From Acidimicrobiia bacterium (GTDB taxonomy: Bacteria > Actinomycetota > Acidimicrobiia > Spongiisociales > ZC4RG35), in the NCBI GenBank assembly GCA_041748855.1, contig JBGTCK010000038.1, positions 14,514 through 78,513 of the forward strand: DNA of 64,000 nucleotides. Direction: 5' to 3'. A program made the translations under genes and the position numbers. A model generated the notes under the pieces. It did not search any database. It was given only the letters and a program-made list of their open reading frames with translations, and was not told where the DNA came from. Below are positions 1 to 9,191 of this stretch, in pieces (within the stretch, counting starts at the first letter, position 1; each line of letters opens with the position of its first letter).

Positions 1-891
1 CAGGTTGCGCACAATCTGGCGCACTCGTGCCGGGTCGCCCATGCATCGGGCGGTCGTCGTATTCAACTTCACAGCCCGGCGTGACTCGGCATCCATGCCC
101 TCGACGGCCTGGGCTGCTTGTGCCCGGAGATCGACGGGAAACCTAGAGACCTCGAGTTGGCCGATGTCCGCCTTGGCCGCCACCAGCAGATCGTCGACGA
201 TGTTCGTGAGATCCCCGCTCTGCTGAACCACGAGCTCGATCATCTCCTTGCGTTCCGCCGGTGAGAGGTCAGAAGACTCGTTGAGCAAATGGGCGAACCC
301 GACAATCGAGGAAAGAGGGGTTCGGATCTCGTGGGAGACCGATGCAATCAGCTGGTCTTTCGAATCGACCAGTTTCTGCTTGTCGGAAAGCAAGGCTTCG
401 AGATCGTCCTGCGCCGTCCGGAGGTCGGTGACGTCGAGGTCCATGATGACGATCCGGTCCCAGCGAGGGTAGTCCTCATCGGTGATCGCCTTCCAATGCG
501 ATCGAACCACGACGTCACCGAACATCGTCGGGGCAGCGTGCTCTCTGATGATCGAAGTCGTGCCCGAGAATGGCGCAGTGAACTGCTCGATCAGCGTTTC
601 GTAGAGATCTGGGTATCGGGCTGGGGTGAACCTACGCTCGGCGAAGTCGGGTGGCTTGGGATCAAGGGGAGAACCGTACAGCCGGTTCCACTCGGGGCTG
701 GTGGCCACCGCTCGGGGTAGGCGGAGGACCTCGTAGAACAGTTCCTCGTCGCTTCTGAGCAGATGCCGCAGAGCGTCGCAGTCCATACCCTCGAAGCGTT
801 CGATAATCGGGGTGTAGTCGGCGACCAGGACCGGGACTGGTACCGCTGAAACGATGTCGACATCACCCAACGGCAATCTGTGAAAGGTCAT
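1..891 (-). CDS. sensor histidine kinase, N-terminal portion (3' end lies beyond the window edge)
   Basis: The minus-strand frame is open from an ATG at ~889-891 to position 1. It is absent from the ORF track because there is no stop inside the window. My translation contains DQLIASVSHEIRTPLSSIVGFAHLL, a HisKA H-box, preceded by a ~170-aa soluble sensor region. Confidence 0.8.
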   Translation of the reverse strand, partial: MTFHRLPLGDVDIVSAVPVPVLVADYTPIIERFEGMDCDALRHLLRSDEELFYEVLRLPRAVATSPEWNRLYGSPLDPKPPDFAERRFTPARYPDLYETLIEQFTAPFSGTTSIIREHAAPTMFGDVVVRSHWKAITDEDYPRWDRIVIMDLDVTDLRTAQDDLEALLSDKQKLVDSKDQLIASVSHEIRTPLSSIVGFAHLLNESSDLSPAERKEMIELVVQQSGDLTNIVDDLLVAAKADIGQLEVSRFPVDLRAQAAQAVEGMDAESRRAVKLNTTTARCMGDPARVRQIVRNL

Positions 892-961
892 TGGGAGGGT
901 ATCGTCACAAACGCATCTGCACTTGACCAGCAAGCGTGAACCAGCCCGATACCCGCTCCTT

Positions 962-991
962 TAGACTTGTGCCAGCCCTCAGCTCTATACT
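962..991 (+). promoter_or_regulatory. candidate sigma-70-type promoter for hppA
   Basis: TAGACT, 18 nt, then TATACT about 45 nt upstream of the hppA ATG, with GGAGGA 9 nt before the ATG. This is pattern match only. Confidence 0.3.
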
Positions 992-1036
992 CCCGGTCGC
1001 CCCGATTCCCCTTTTGTTCACGGAGGATTCTTCAAG

Positions 1037-3091
1037 ATGACGGAAATGATCCTGTATATCGCGCTTGCCGCGGGTCTGGCCTCGCTGCTACTGGCGACCT
1101 ACTACACCCGGGTGGTGCTGGCGGCACCGCAAGGCAATGAGCGAATGATCGAGCTCTCGGCTGCGATTCGAGCCGGGGCGATGGCCTTCATCCGCCGTGA
1201 GTACATGTGGGTTTCGGTATTCGTCGTAGTCATGGGCGCTCTCATCGCGGTGTTCCTCGATTGGGGCTGGCCGTGGGGAGCAGCTGCCTATGTATTCGGA
1301 GCGGTGCTCTCCGCGGGGGCTGGCTTCGTCGGGATGCGGATCGCAACTGCAGCCAACTCCCGGACCACGGAGGCGGCGCGTTCCGGTGGGATAACTGCAG
1401 CCCTTCCGGTCGCATTCCGGGGCGGGGCCGTCATGGGCTTCACGGTGGCCGGTCTCGGTCTCCTAGGCATCGGGTTGGGCTTCCTGGTCTTCAACCAGAT
1501 CCTCGAAGATCCCGACTGGGCCGAAATCATCACCGCAATCGGTCTCGGGGGGTCGTCAATCGCCCTTTTCGCCCGAGTTGGTGGAGGTATCTACACGAAA
1601 GCGGCTGACATCGGCGCCGACCTCGTGGGCAAAGTCGAAGCGGGCATTCCCGAGGATGATCCCCGCAACCCGGCAGTCATCGCCGACAACGTCGGAGACA
1701 ACGTAGGTGACGTCGCCGGCATGGGTGCGGACCTCTTCGAATCCTACGTCGGCTCGATTGTGGCCCCGATTGTCTACGCCGCCCTCGCCTTCGGCGGGCT
1801 TGCATTTCAAGCAGAGGCGATCATCTTCCCGCTTGCGGTAGCCGCCCTCGGCATGTTTGCGGCGATCATCGGCTCGTTCCTGGTGCGGGCCAAGAGCGAC
1901 GACGACCTTGCTGCTGCACTCCATCGCGGCACCAACTTCTCCCTCATCGCGACGGCGGCCGGGGTTCTGGGCCTTGTCTACTGGATCTTCGGCGACACCG
2001 CGGAAAACCCGCTTGGCCTCTGGATTGCAGTCGTCGCCGGGCTCGTCGTCGGCTGGTTCGTCGGGAAGATCTCCGAGTGGTTCACCTCAGACCACTACAA
2101 GACAGTCAAGGAAATCGCCCGCCAGGCACAGACCGGCCCCGCCACCGTGATCATCACCGGTATTGCTGAAGGAATGCGTTCAGCGGCCTTCTCGGTGATG
2201 GTGGTCGCGGCAGGAATCGGCGCCGCATTCTTCGCCGGCGATTGGGCACTGGGCGACGGTGGAGGAATCTACGGGGTCGCTATCGCCGCCATCGGCGTGC
2301 TTGCCACCCTCGGAATCACGATCTCCGTCGACGCTTATGGCCCGATTGCGGACAACGCCGGGGGCATCGCCGAAATGGCACACCTCCCCGCTGAGGTCCG
2401 CGAAGCGACCGACGCCCTCGACTCGTTGGGGAATACCACGGCAGCCGTCGCCAAGGGGTTTGCCATCGCCTCGGCAGCGGTCACCTCGTTGGCCCTCTTC
2501 GCCGCCTTTACACAGGCCGTCCAACTCGAGTCGATCGACATCACCAATGTCGAAACCGTTATCGGGCTCTTCATCGGGGGGATGTTCCCGTTCCTGTTTG
2601 CCGCGATGACCATGAACGCCGTGGGCCGCGCAGCCAACAAGATGATCGACGAAGTCCGGCGCCAGTTCCGTGAGATTCCGGGGCTGAGGGAAGGACACCC
2701 TGACGCCAAGCCCGACTACACGACTTGTGTGGACATCGCTACTGCGGGTGCTCTCCGGGAGATGGTCATCCCTGGCTCATTGGCCGTTGCCCTTCCGCTT
2801 GTTGTCGGCTTCATCGATGTCGAAGCGCTTGGAGGTCTCCTCGCCGGTGCCCTAGTGACCGGCTTCCTCCTCGCCATCTTCATGGCGAATGCAGGTGGGG
2901 CATGGGACAACGCCAAGAAGTTCATCGAGACCGGAGCCTTCGGCGGCAAGGGCAGCGAAGCACATCACGCGGCGGTGATCGGCGACACGGTTGGCGACCC
3001 GTTCAAGGACACCTCGGGGCCGGCGATGAATATCGTGATCAAAGTCATGACCATCGTTTCGCTGATCTTCGCCTCGGCATTCATCGGTTGA
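1037..3091 (+). CDS. hppA: membrane-bound H+/Na+-translocating pyrophosphatase
   Basis: 684-aa multi-TM ORF with the signature motifs GDNVGDVAGMGADLFES and GDTVGDPFKDTSGP. Confidence 0.95.
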   Translation: MTEMILYIALAAGLASLLLATYYTRVVLAAPQGNERMIELSAAIRAGAMAFIRREYMWVSVFVVVMGALIAVFLDWGWPWGAAAYVFGAVLSAGAGFVGMRIATAANSRTTEAARSGGITAALPVAFRGGAVMGFTVAGLGLLGIGLGFLVFNQILEDPDWAEIITAIGLGGSSIALFARVGGGIYTKAADIGADLVGKVEAGIPEDDPRNPAVIADNVGDNVGDVAGMGADLFESYVGSIVAPIVYAALAFGGLAFQAEAIIFPLAVAALGMFAAIIGSFLVRAKSDDDLAAALHRGTNFSLIATAAGVLGLVYWIFGDTAENPLGLWIAVVAGLVVGWFVGKISEWFTSDHYKTVKEIARQAQTGPATVIITGIAEGMRSAAFSVMVVAAGIGAAFFAGDWALGDGGGIYGVAIAAIGVLATLGITISVDAYGPIADNAGGIAEMAHLPAEVREATDALDSLGNTTAAVAKGFAIASAAVTSLALFAAFTQAVQLESIDITNVETVIGLFIGGMFPFLFAAMTMNAVGRAANKMIDEVRRQFREIPGLREGHPDAKPDYTTCVDIATAGALREMVIPGSLAVALPLVVGFIDVEALGGLLAGALVTGFLLAIFMANAGGAWDNAKKFIETGAFGGKGSEAHHAAVIGDTVGDPFKDTSGPAMNIVIKVMTIVSLIFASAFIG

Positions 3092-3150
3092 GGTCGGCAT
3101 TGGACGACCCTGCATGTAGGAGCTCTCGCCGCGATCAGGGCCGGCAGGGT

Positions 3151-3426
3151 GTCTCCTCCCGCCAGCGGCAGGACAGCTACGCGACGGGAGTACCGCAGCC
3201 CGCGTCTCTCCCTCCGCTTGCGGAGGGAGTACCGGCGACGAAGGAGCCGGGGAGGGTGGGAGGTTCCCACCAACGCTGGTTGCGCCGCGACCTCGCTCAC
3301 CCAAATGAGTTTCGAGCCCCCATACCTCCCCGCCCTCGGAGGGCGGGGAGGGACCTTTCCCCCATTCGGCTCCGCCTCTGGGGGAACAGCTTCGCGGACT
3401 TTCCTCCCGCAAGCGGGAGGACAGCC
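3151..3426 (+). repeat. mosaic hairpin-rich intergenic repeat, copy 1 (+ orientation)
   Basis: Shares ordered conserved blocks (CGCGTCTCTCCCTCCGC..GGAGGGAGTACC, GGGGAGGGTGGG..CCCACCAACG, CCCCC.TACCTC, GGGACCTTTCCCCCATTCGGCT.CGCCTCTGGGGGAACAGC) with 14246-14465, 38124-38426 and 47121-47362. It consists of several perfect GC-rich hairpins. Confidence 0.85.
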
Positions 3427-3449
3427 TTGAGCTTCGTCCGGGCGCGATA

Positions 3450-4688
3450 TTGAAAGAAGTCACTTTCATCCGCCACGCAGAGTCGGCCGCCAACAGCGCC
3501 GGGATCTGGAACGGGAGGTCGGACGGTCCGTTGAGCGAAGTGGGCCACGCCCAGCTCGAGGCAATAGGGGAGAGACTCCGCGATTCGGTCTTCGACGTCG
3601 TGATCTCCTCTCCGCTGGAGAGGGCGCGCCGGACCGCGGCAGCCTTCAGTGAAGATGTTGTGCTCGACCCCGAGTTCGTGGAGATCGACCTCGGCCGTTG
3701 GGACGGGTGGACCACCGAGGAAGTGCAGAGTCAGGACGCGAACGCCCTCCGGACTGCGATAAGCAGTCGGACCTCTCCGATGGGCGCCACGGGTGAAACC
3801 CTCAACGAGGCAGGGGAAAGGGTGCTCAATGCCGTCGACAAGCTGGTGGCCTCCCTGCCCGACGAATCATCTGCCGCAGTGGTCACCCATGGGGGACTGC
3901 TCCAGACGGTACTCCACCAATATCTACCGGGCGGATCGCATCGAGCCCACGCGTTTGTGGACAATTCAGCGATCACCACCGTCCGCTTTTTCGACGACGA
4001 CCACTCGAGGCTGGCAACTTTCAACGACACCGGCCATCTCGGTCCGCGCCCTTCCCAGGTTGCTGAATTCCTCGCTGCGGGCCGGCCTGTCGTCTCGCTC
4101 ATCCGCCATGGCCAGACCAAGGCAAACGTCGAGCAGCGGTGGCAGGGGCAGGGAGACTGGGACCTCGACGAAGTCGGCTATAGCCAGGCTGCTGCCCTTG
4201 GCTCTTTCTACGGGAAGTGGAGCAGCGTTTTCAGCTCGCCTTTGCAGCGAGCAAAGAACACAGCAGGTTTCGTGGCGGAGGCAGAGCCGACCTTGGTGGA
4301 TGGCCTGAAGGAGTTGCATATGGGTGAGTGGGAGGGGCTGACCACTCCCGAGATCGAGGCTCGCTGGCCCGACGTGTTGGAGGAGATCTACGGCAAAGGT
4401 GTCGATCTGAAACGGGGCACGACCGGCGAGTCGTGGGCCGAGCTGACCGCACGGTTCACGTCGGCGATCGACACGATAGAGCCAGCATCCGGCGAGCCGA
4501 CAGTGGTGGTGGCCCACGGTGGTGCGATCCGCGCCTACATCTCCTCGCTCACCGCCACGACCGACACCTACGCCGAAAGCCTTTACACCCCGCGCAATAC
4601 CAGTATCAGTCACGTCGCTCTCACCGATCGGGGCCCTCTCATCTTGGATTACGGCGTTGCGTCACACCTCGAGGCCCTGGAGTCATGA
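3450..4688 (+). CDS. tandem (two-domain) histidine phosphatase, PGM/CobC family
   Basis: 412 aa with a TTG start. There are two complete histidine-phosphatase domains, each with an RH[AG] motif (FIRHAES, LIRHGQT), SSPL.RA..TA and a distal THGG/AHGG. Confidence 0.85.
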   Translation: MKEVTFIRHAESAANSAGIWNGRSDGPLSEVGHAQLEAIGERLRDSVFDVVISSPLERARRTAAAFSEDVVLDPEFVEIDLGRWDGWTTEEVQSQDANALRTAISSRTSPMGATGETLNEAGERVLNAVDKLVASLPDESSAAVVTHGGLLQTVLHQYLPGGSHRAHAFVDNSAITTVRFFDDDHSRLATFNDTGHLGPRPSQVAEFLAAGRPVVSLIRHGQTKANVEQRWQGQGDWDLDEVGYSQAAALGSFYGKWSSVFSSPLQRAKNTAGFVAEAEPTLVDGLKELHMGEWEGLTTPEIEARWPDVLEEIYGKGVDLKRGTTGESWAELTARFTSAIDTIEPASGEPTVVVAHGGAIRAYISSLTATTDTYAESLYTPRNTSISHVALTDRGPLILDYGVASHLEALES

Positions 4689-5314
4689 CAGCCGAGTACA
4701 ACTCCGAGCGGTACGCAGTGATCAACCGTTGGGACCCATCCCATTTGGAGAAGATCGATCGTCTGCTTCCTCTGGAAGCTGGGGACAGGGTGCTCGAGAT
4801 CGGGTGCGGTCAGGGGCATTTGACCAAGCGTCTCGCCGCACGCGGAATCGACATCACAGGTATCGATGCCAACCCGAACGCGGCTCACATATCTGAGTCG
4901 GAACGCGTCGTCTACATGAGGGCCGAGGCTCTCGAATTCGACGACGGGGTATTCGATTCGGTTGTCGGCGTGCACTCGATCGAGCACATCCCTGATCTCA
5001 AAGGCGCCTTCGCCGAGATGGCACGTGTCCTCAAGCCGGGAGGTCGGGCGCTGTTTATCTATCCGGCCGAGCCGATCAAGGGCTTGTATGCGATTCCGAC
5101 TGCGATCATCCTGCACAAGAACCCGCTCATGGCCACAGAGATCCACTGCCACAAGCTCACCCCGAACAAGGTCCTCTTGATGTTGGGCCCCTACGGCTTC
5201 GAGGAGCGTCACCGTGAGTTCAATTTTCTCAAAACCCCGCAGTTCGTCTCGGTCTTGGAAAAGGTGACAGGCGGGATGCGACCGGAGGGACCCGTCGACC
5301 AGGAAAGCAGTTGA
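4685..5314 (+). CDS. class I SAM-dependent methyltransferase
   Basis: The ATG at 4685 overlaps the upstream stop (ATGA). Motif I is VLEIGCGQGHLT, and LKPGGRALF is also present. The longer 4328 start in the ORF track overlaps the phosphatase gene and is not used. Confidence 0.8.
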   Translation: MTAEYNSERYAVINRWDPSHLEKIDRLLPLEAGDRVLEIGCGQGHLTKRLAARGIDITGIDANPNAAHISESERVVYMRAEALEFDDGVFDSVVGVHSIEHIPDLKGAFAEMARVLKPGGRALFIYPAEPIKGLYAIPTAIILHKNPLMATEIHCHKLTPNKVLLMLGPYGFEERHREFNFLKTPQFVSVLEKVTGGMRPEGPVDQESS

Positions 5315-5958
5315 TGGCCGAATTCCACTGCCAGGATTGCGGCAAGGCCTTCGAGCTCCGCCAGGACGTGCTCGACCGCTACCCGGGTTGGTCGCCCCGC
5401 CAGTGCCTCGACTGCCGGAACAAATCGACCCAACCTTCGAGTTCGGAGGCGAAGCGGCCGGCGTCGAAGAGTAAGAATCGCGACCTCACCGTTGGCGAGG
5501 TACTCGATTCCTTCACTGAGGGCCCGGACACCGGGGTCTTCACCGACGGCGCATCGGAAGGCAACCCCGGGCCTGGAGGATGGGGCGCCGTCTACGTCGA
5601 GGAGGGTGTGGTCGTCGACGAGAGGATGGGCTCTGAGCCGCACACGACCAATAACCGGATGGAGTTGAGCGCCATGGTGGCCGGGCTGGAAATGTTGCCC
5701 CTCGACTCCACTGTCGACGTGTACACCGACTCCAAGCTGATCGTCGACACCCTCAATACCTGGGCGAAGGGCTGGAAGGCGAAAGGCTGGAAGAGGAAGA
5801 CCGGCCCGATCGCCAACCTCGAATTGGTCCAGAGGGCATTCGAACTTCATGAGGAGCGCCCCGACGTCAGCGTGAAATGGATCCGTGCGCACAGCGGGTA
5901 CAGATGGAACGAGTATGCGGACGCGCTCGCCACCACCTACCGCAGGAACAGCCATTGA
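5314..5958 (+). CDS. rnhA: ribonuclease HI with N-terminal zinc-ribbon-like extension
   Basis: The RNase H core is TDGASEGNPGPGGWG, NNRMELSA, YTDS and AHSGYRWNEYADALA. It is preceded by ~60 aa containing CQDCG...CLDCR (CxxC-x22-CxxC). The start overlaps the upstream stop (TGATG). Confidence 0.9.
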   Translation: MAEFHCQDCGKAFELRQDVLDRYPGWSPRQCLDCRNKSTQPSSSEAKRPASKSKNRDLTVGEVLDSFTEGPDTGVFTDGASEGNPGPGGWGAVYVEEGVVVDERMGSEPHTTNNRMELSAMVAGLEMLPLDSTVDVYTDSKLIVDTLNTWAKGWKAKGWKRKTGPIANLELVQRAFELHEERPDVSVKWIRAHSGYRWNEYADALATTYRRNSH

Positions 5959-6962
5959 CCTTCTCCGGGCCGGTGGATGCCGAGTATCTAACTGCCTGGG
6001 CGCGCCACACCCATCGATCACCCCTCTATGCCCACCTCATCGACTTGACCATCCATCGACCCGAACTGATGCGGGTCATCGAGCGGATCCACAACCGACC
6101 ACCGCCGAATGTGTACCTGGCGGCGATTCACTTTCTCCTGATGGAAGGACGATCTTCAGATCTCGCCCTTTACTATCGGTCACTGGTCGACGACCCGTTG
6201 GCGTTCGAAGATGTCGACCACGCCTTCGTCGAGTTCGTTGTTGCCAATGAAGAGGCGATCGTCGAGCTGGCCAACAGCCGTTACACCCAGACCAATGAGT
6301 GCCGTCGATGTGTGGCCTTGCTCCCGGGCGTGATGACATCGCCGTTCGAAAGGTTTCACCTGGTCGAGATAGGGGCAAGCGCCGGGCTCAACCTCGCCCT
6401 GGACAGGTATCGATACGATTTCGGCGGACTCGAGTGGGGGCCCGACTCGCCGGTCCATCTCACTGCCGGCGTGCCCGGCGACCAGCCACGCCTCCGCCCC
6501 ATCGAAATCGGTCGGCGAGTGGGCATCGACATCAACGTAATCGATCGCAATGATCGCGACGACCGGCTGTGGCTGGACGCGCTCATCTGGCCCGAGCACG
6601 AAGAGCGGCGAGAGCGCCTCCGTCGCGCCCTCGAGTTGACTTCCGACATGGACCTCGACCTCATCGAGGGCAGTGTGCTCGACCGGCTGGAACAGGTCCT
6701 GACCGATCTTCCCGGAAGAGAGCCGGTGGTGGTGATGAACAGCTTCGTCCTGATCCAGCTCGACCCGGACCAGCGTCGCGAAGTCGAACACATTGTCGCA
6801 GCTGCCCGGAACTCCCGCCCGATTTACCGGGTTTCGCTGGAATTCATCGACAAAGACGACGACTGGGCGCGTCTCGAGGTGGGCAACGAATCGGAACTAG
6901 CCGAACTGGGCCAGGCCCATCCGCACGGAGAGTGGGTCGATCTCCACTACTCGGCTATTTAG
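5955..6962 (+). CDS. DUF2332-like conserved hypothetical protein
   Basis: Long ORF whose N-terminal region (TAWARHTHRSPLYAHL...) resembles DUF2332 proteins as I remember them. The start is uncertain. The TTG at 5955 overlaps the rnhA stop (TTGA), and the ORF-track start at 5877 lies inside rnhA. Confidence 0.6.
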   Translation: MTFSGPVDAEYLTAWARHTHRSPLYAHLIDLTIHRPELMRVIERIHNRPPPNVYLAAIHFLLMEGRSSDLALYYRSLVDDPLAFEDVDHAFVEFVVANEEAIVELANSRYTQTNECRRCVALLPGVMTSPFERFHLVEIGASAGLNLALDRYRYDFGGLEWGPDSPVHLTAGVPGDQPRLRPIEIGRRVGIDINVIDRNDRDDRLWLDALIWPEHEERRERLRRALELTSDMDLDLIEGSVLDRLEQVLTDLPGREPVVVMNSFVLIQLDPDQRREVEHIVAAARNSRPIYRVSLEFIDKDDDWARLEVGNESELAELGQAHPHGEWVDLHYSAI

Positions 6963-6993
6963 ACCGAAACGCCTCACCAAGGCGGACGCGAAG

Positions 6994-7698
6994 TTAGGTG
7001 GGTCCGTAGACGGGGACCAGGGCGCCGGTCATCACACCGCTCTCCTCGCTGAGCAGGAATTCGGCGACTGCGGCGATCTCGTCGGGGGTCGGCCAGTCGA
7101 CGTAATCGGCATAGGGGAGCGAAGCCCGGGTAGCCGGGGTATCGATGACCGAAGGCATGATCACGTTCGCAGTGACACCCGAGCCGTCGAGTTCGTCGGC
7201 GACTGTCTTGCCGAGCGCCACCACGCCGGCCTTGGCGATATTGAACGCTGCTTGGCCGGTCGGATAATCGACCGCCCCGCGGCTGCCGACGAGGAGGATG
7301 CGCCCCCAGCCCGCTTGACGGAGGTAGGGGACAGCAGCGCGGACCGCGTAGAAGGCAGACCTCAGATTGAGGTCGAGCATCCTCTCGAAACGGACATCGT
7401 CGGTCTCCTCCACGTCACGACCGCCGGCCCAACCGCCCACCAGCGCACAAAGTCCGTGGATCCCACCGTTCTTCTCAGCCACTTCCTTCATGAAGTTGGC
7501 AACAGCTTCGGTATTGGTGGCATCGACGCGGGTTAGGGTGAGTTGGTCTTCGGAGACCTCGAACTGTTCCTCGAAACGGGAAGCTTCCTCGGGCAACAGA
7601 TACGTCAATGCAAGTCGGTACTCGTGCTCGATGAGGCGTCGGGTGAGGGCAGTGCCCAATCCGCCGGTCCCACCGGTGATGACAATGGTTTTGCTCAA
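6994..7698 (-). CDS. SDR family oxidoreductase
   Basis: N-terminal TGGTGGLG Rossmann motif, a 234-aa short-chain dehydrogenase layout, and Y...K catalytic spacing (FNIAKAG). Confidence 0.85.
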   Translation of the reverse strand: MSKTIVITGGTGGLGTALTRRLIEHEYRLALTYLLPEEASRFEEQFEVSEDQLTLTRVDATNTEAVANFMKEVAEKNGGIHGLCALVGGWAGGRDVEETDDVRFERMLDLNLRSAFYAVRAAVPYLRQAGWGRILLVGSRGAVDYPTGQAAFNIAKAGVVALGKTVADELDGSGVTANVIMPSVIDTPATRASLPYADYVDWPTPDEIAAVAEFLLSEESGVMTGALVPVYGPT

Positions 7699-7779
7699 CT
7701 GAATCCTTGGTTGACCTGCCCAACTCTAATGCCGGCTCGCCGGGCCGTTGCAGCAGCGGACGCGTGGGATCAGGTCCGC

Positions 7780-8367
7780 TCACACCAGCCCCCTTAGCCA
7801 GTGCCCCTCCGGGTGCGCCGTCGCCGATTCCAGGTCGCTCAGTGAATCGAGATCGTGGAGGAGACCGGTCCTGGTCACGATCTCGACATCTCCCATCTGT
7901 GCCAGATGGAGGTGGGCGCTGCCCGCTCCGTAGCGAAACTCGATTGGCAGAGGTGATGAAAGTGCGGTGGTGCCGCCATCTGCCGACGGGGCGAGGATGG
8001 CAGTTCCGCTTTCGATGGCGGCGCCGATACCGTCCAGGTCCGATCCGGTGACCAGGGGCAGGTCGGAATGGAGGACTATCCACTGCATGCCATTGGCCGC
8101 CGCCCAGTGGACTCCGTCGCTGGCGGCGCTGTTGAGCCCGCTTCGGCTCTCCTCGATCACCGGAATCCCGAGGCTTGCGGCCCAACCGGCAACACCGGGG
8201 TCGGCGGTGACGATGGCCGGCAACAGCAGCGCTTCCTCAGCTGCAACGACAATGCGGGCAGCCATCGAGGTAGCGAGCACCTGTCGGGTCCCGGGATCGA
8301 GAGCCGACGCCAGCCTTTCCTTGCCGGTTGCAAACGACCTGATCGGAATGATGGCTGCAATCGGCAT
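7780..8367 (-). CDS. cofC: 2-phospho-L-lactate/phosphoenolpyruvate guanylyltransferase (F420 biosynthesis)
   Basis: MPIAAIIPIRSFATGKERL..., HSDLPLV and GGTTAL match the CofC/FbiD pattern. I prefer the ATG at 8367 to the GTG at 8394. Confidence 0.7.
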   Translation of the reverse strand: MPIAAIIPIRSFATGKERLASALDPGTRQVLATSMAARIVVAAEEALLLPAIVTADPGVAGWAASLGIPVIEESRSGLNSAASDGVHWAAANGMQWIVLHSDLPLVTGSDLDGIGAAIESGTAILAPSADGGTTALSSPLPIEFRYGAGSAHLHLAQMGDVEIVTRTGLLHDLDSLSDLESATAHPEGHWLRGLV

Positions 8368-8380
8368 GGGACGAGGGTAG

Positions 8381-8725
8381 ATGGGGAATATCACGTCTTG
8401 GACCGTGTTGTCACGGTCAGAGCGAAGATTGGAGTCTCAAATCGCAACCGCCACATGGAACGGTCAGGTAATCGCAGAATCGGATGAGACGGAGATGGTG
8501 GAGGGGAACCACTACTTCCCGCCGAACACCATCAAAAGCGAGTTCTTTCAGCCCTCGGAGGCGTCCTCGGTATGCCCGTGGAAAGGGACTGCCAGCTATT
8601 ACGACGTTGTCGTCGATGGCGAGGTGAACGAGGGCGCAGCATGGTTCTATCCCGACCCCAAGCCGGCAGCCTCCAACATCAAGGATCACGTCGCTTTCTG
8701 GCGCGGGGTAACCGTCTCCGGCTAG
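8381..8725 (+). CDS. DUF427 domain protein
   Basis: WNGQVIAESDETEMVEGNHYFPP...CPWKGTASYYDV is the DUF427 signature. The true start may be an internal GTG/TTG (8405-8429). Confidence 0.75.
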   Translation: MGNITSWTVLSRSERRLESQIATATWNGQVIAESDETEMVEGNHYFPPNTIKSEFFQPSEASSVCPWKGTASYYDVVVDGEVNEGAAWFYPDPKPAASNIKDHVAFWRGVTVSG

Positions 8726-8735
8726 CGAGAGACAG

Positions 8736-9191
8736 CTAAAAGAACAGGTTCTGGGTGACAAGCCCGGCCGCGAGGCCGTAAAAGGCTGCGATCACGTCGT
8801 CGGCGACCACTCCGGTCGCCCCCGGTATCTTTTCGGCCCGGGCGACTCCCGGGAAGCCTGCCTTGAAGATGTCGGCCACCCTGAAGATGACCAGTGCAAC
8901 AAGGCCCGGGCCCCAACCCAGGCTGATAGTCGCGATGAATGTGCCTGCGGCTTCGTCTATGACGATCCACCCGGCATCGCCCTCGGTTGCCACCAGATGG
9001 GACACCGACCAGATCGCCAGTGCGGTGACGACGGCCGCCGCACCAATCTGGACCAGTATCCCGAAGCCCCCGAGCCAGATCGCAACGGGAAACGTCAATA
9101 TCGAAGCAACCGTGCCCGATCCGGCGTCTGAGCCACGCGCCTTGCCCAGAATCAGGCCCGACCCGAACCATGATGCAATCAGCCTTGTCAC
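8736..9191 (-). CDS. pgpA: phosphatidylglycerophosphatase A
   Basis: 151-aa membrane protein with FGSGL, GSGTVAS, VIDEAAG and DIFKAGFP motifs of the PgpA family. Confidence 0.8.
   Translation of the reverse strand: MTRLIASWFGSGLILGKARGSDAGSGTVASILTFPVAIWLGGFGILVQIGAAAVVTALAIWSVSHLVATEGDAGWIVIDEAAGTFIATISLGWGPGLVALVIFRVADIFKAGFPGVARAEKIPGATGVVADDVIAAFYGLAAGLVTQNLFF

Noticed and set aside
3149-3430. ORFs running through the repeat copies (3149-3430 +, 14291-14557 +, 38086-38433 -, 47101-47343 -). They share peptide snippets such as PPYL.AL.GR.G.FPPFG.ASGG, which could suggest a repeated small protein.
   Set aside because: The shared peptide falls in different frames in different copies, and indels between copies are not multiples of three. 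Substitutions are compensatory for hairpins rather than synonymous. The conservation is therefore at the nucleotide and structure level.
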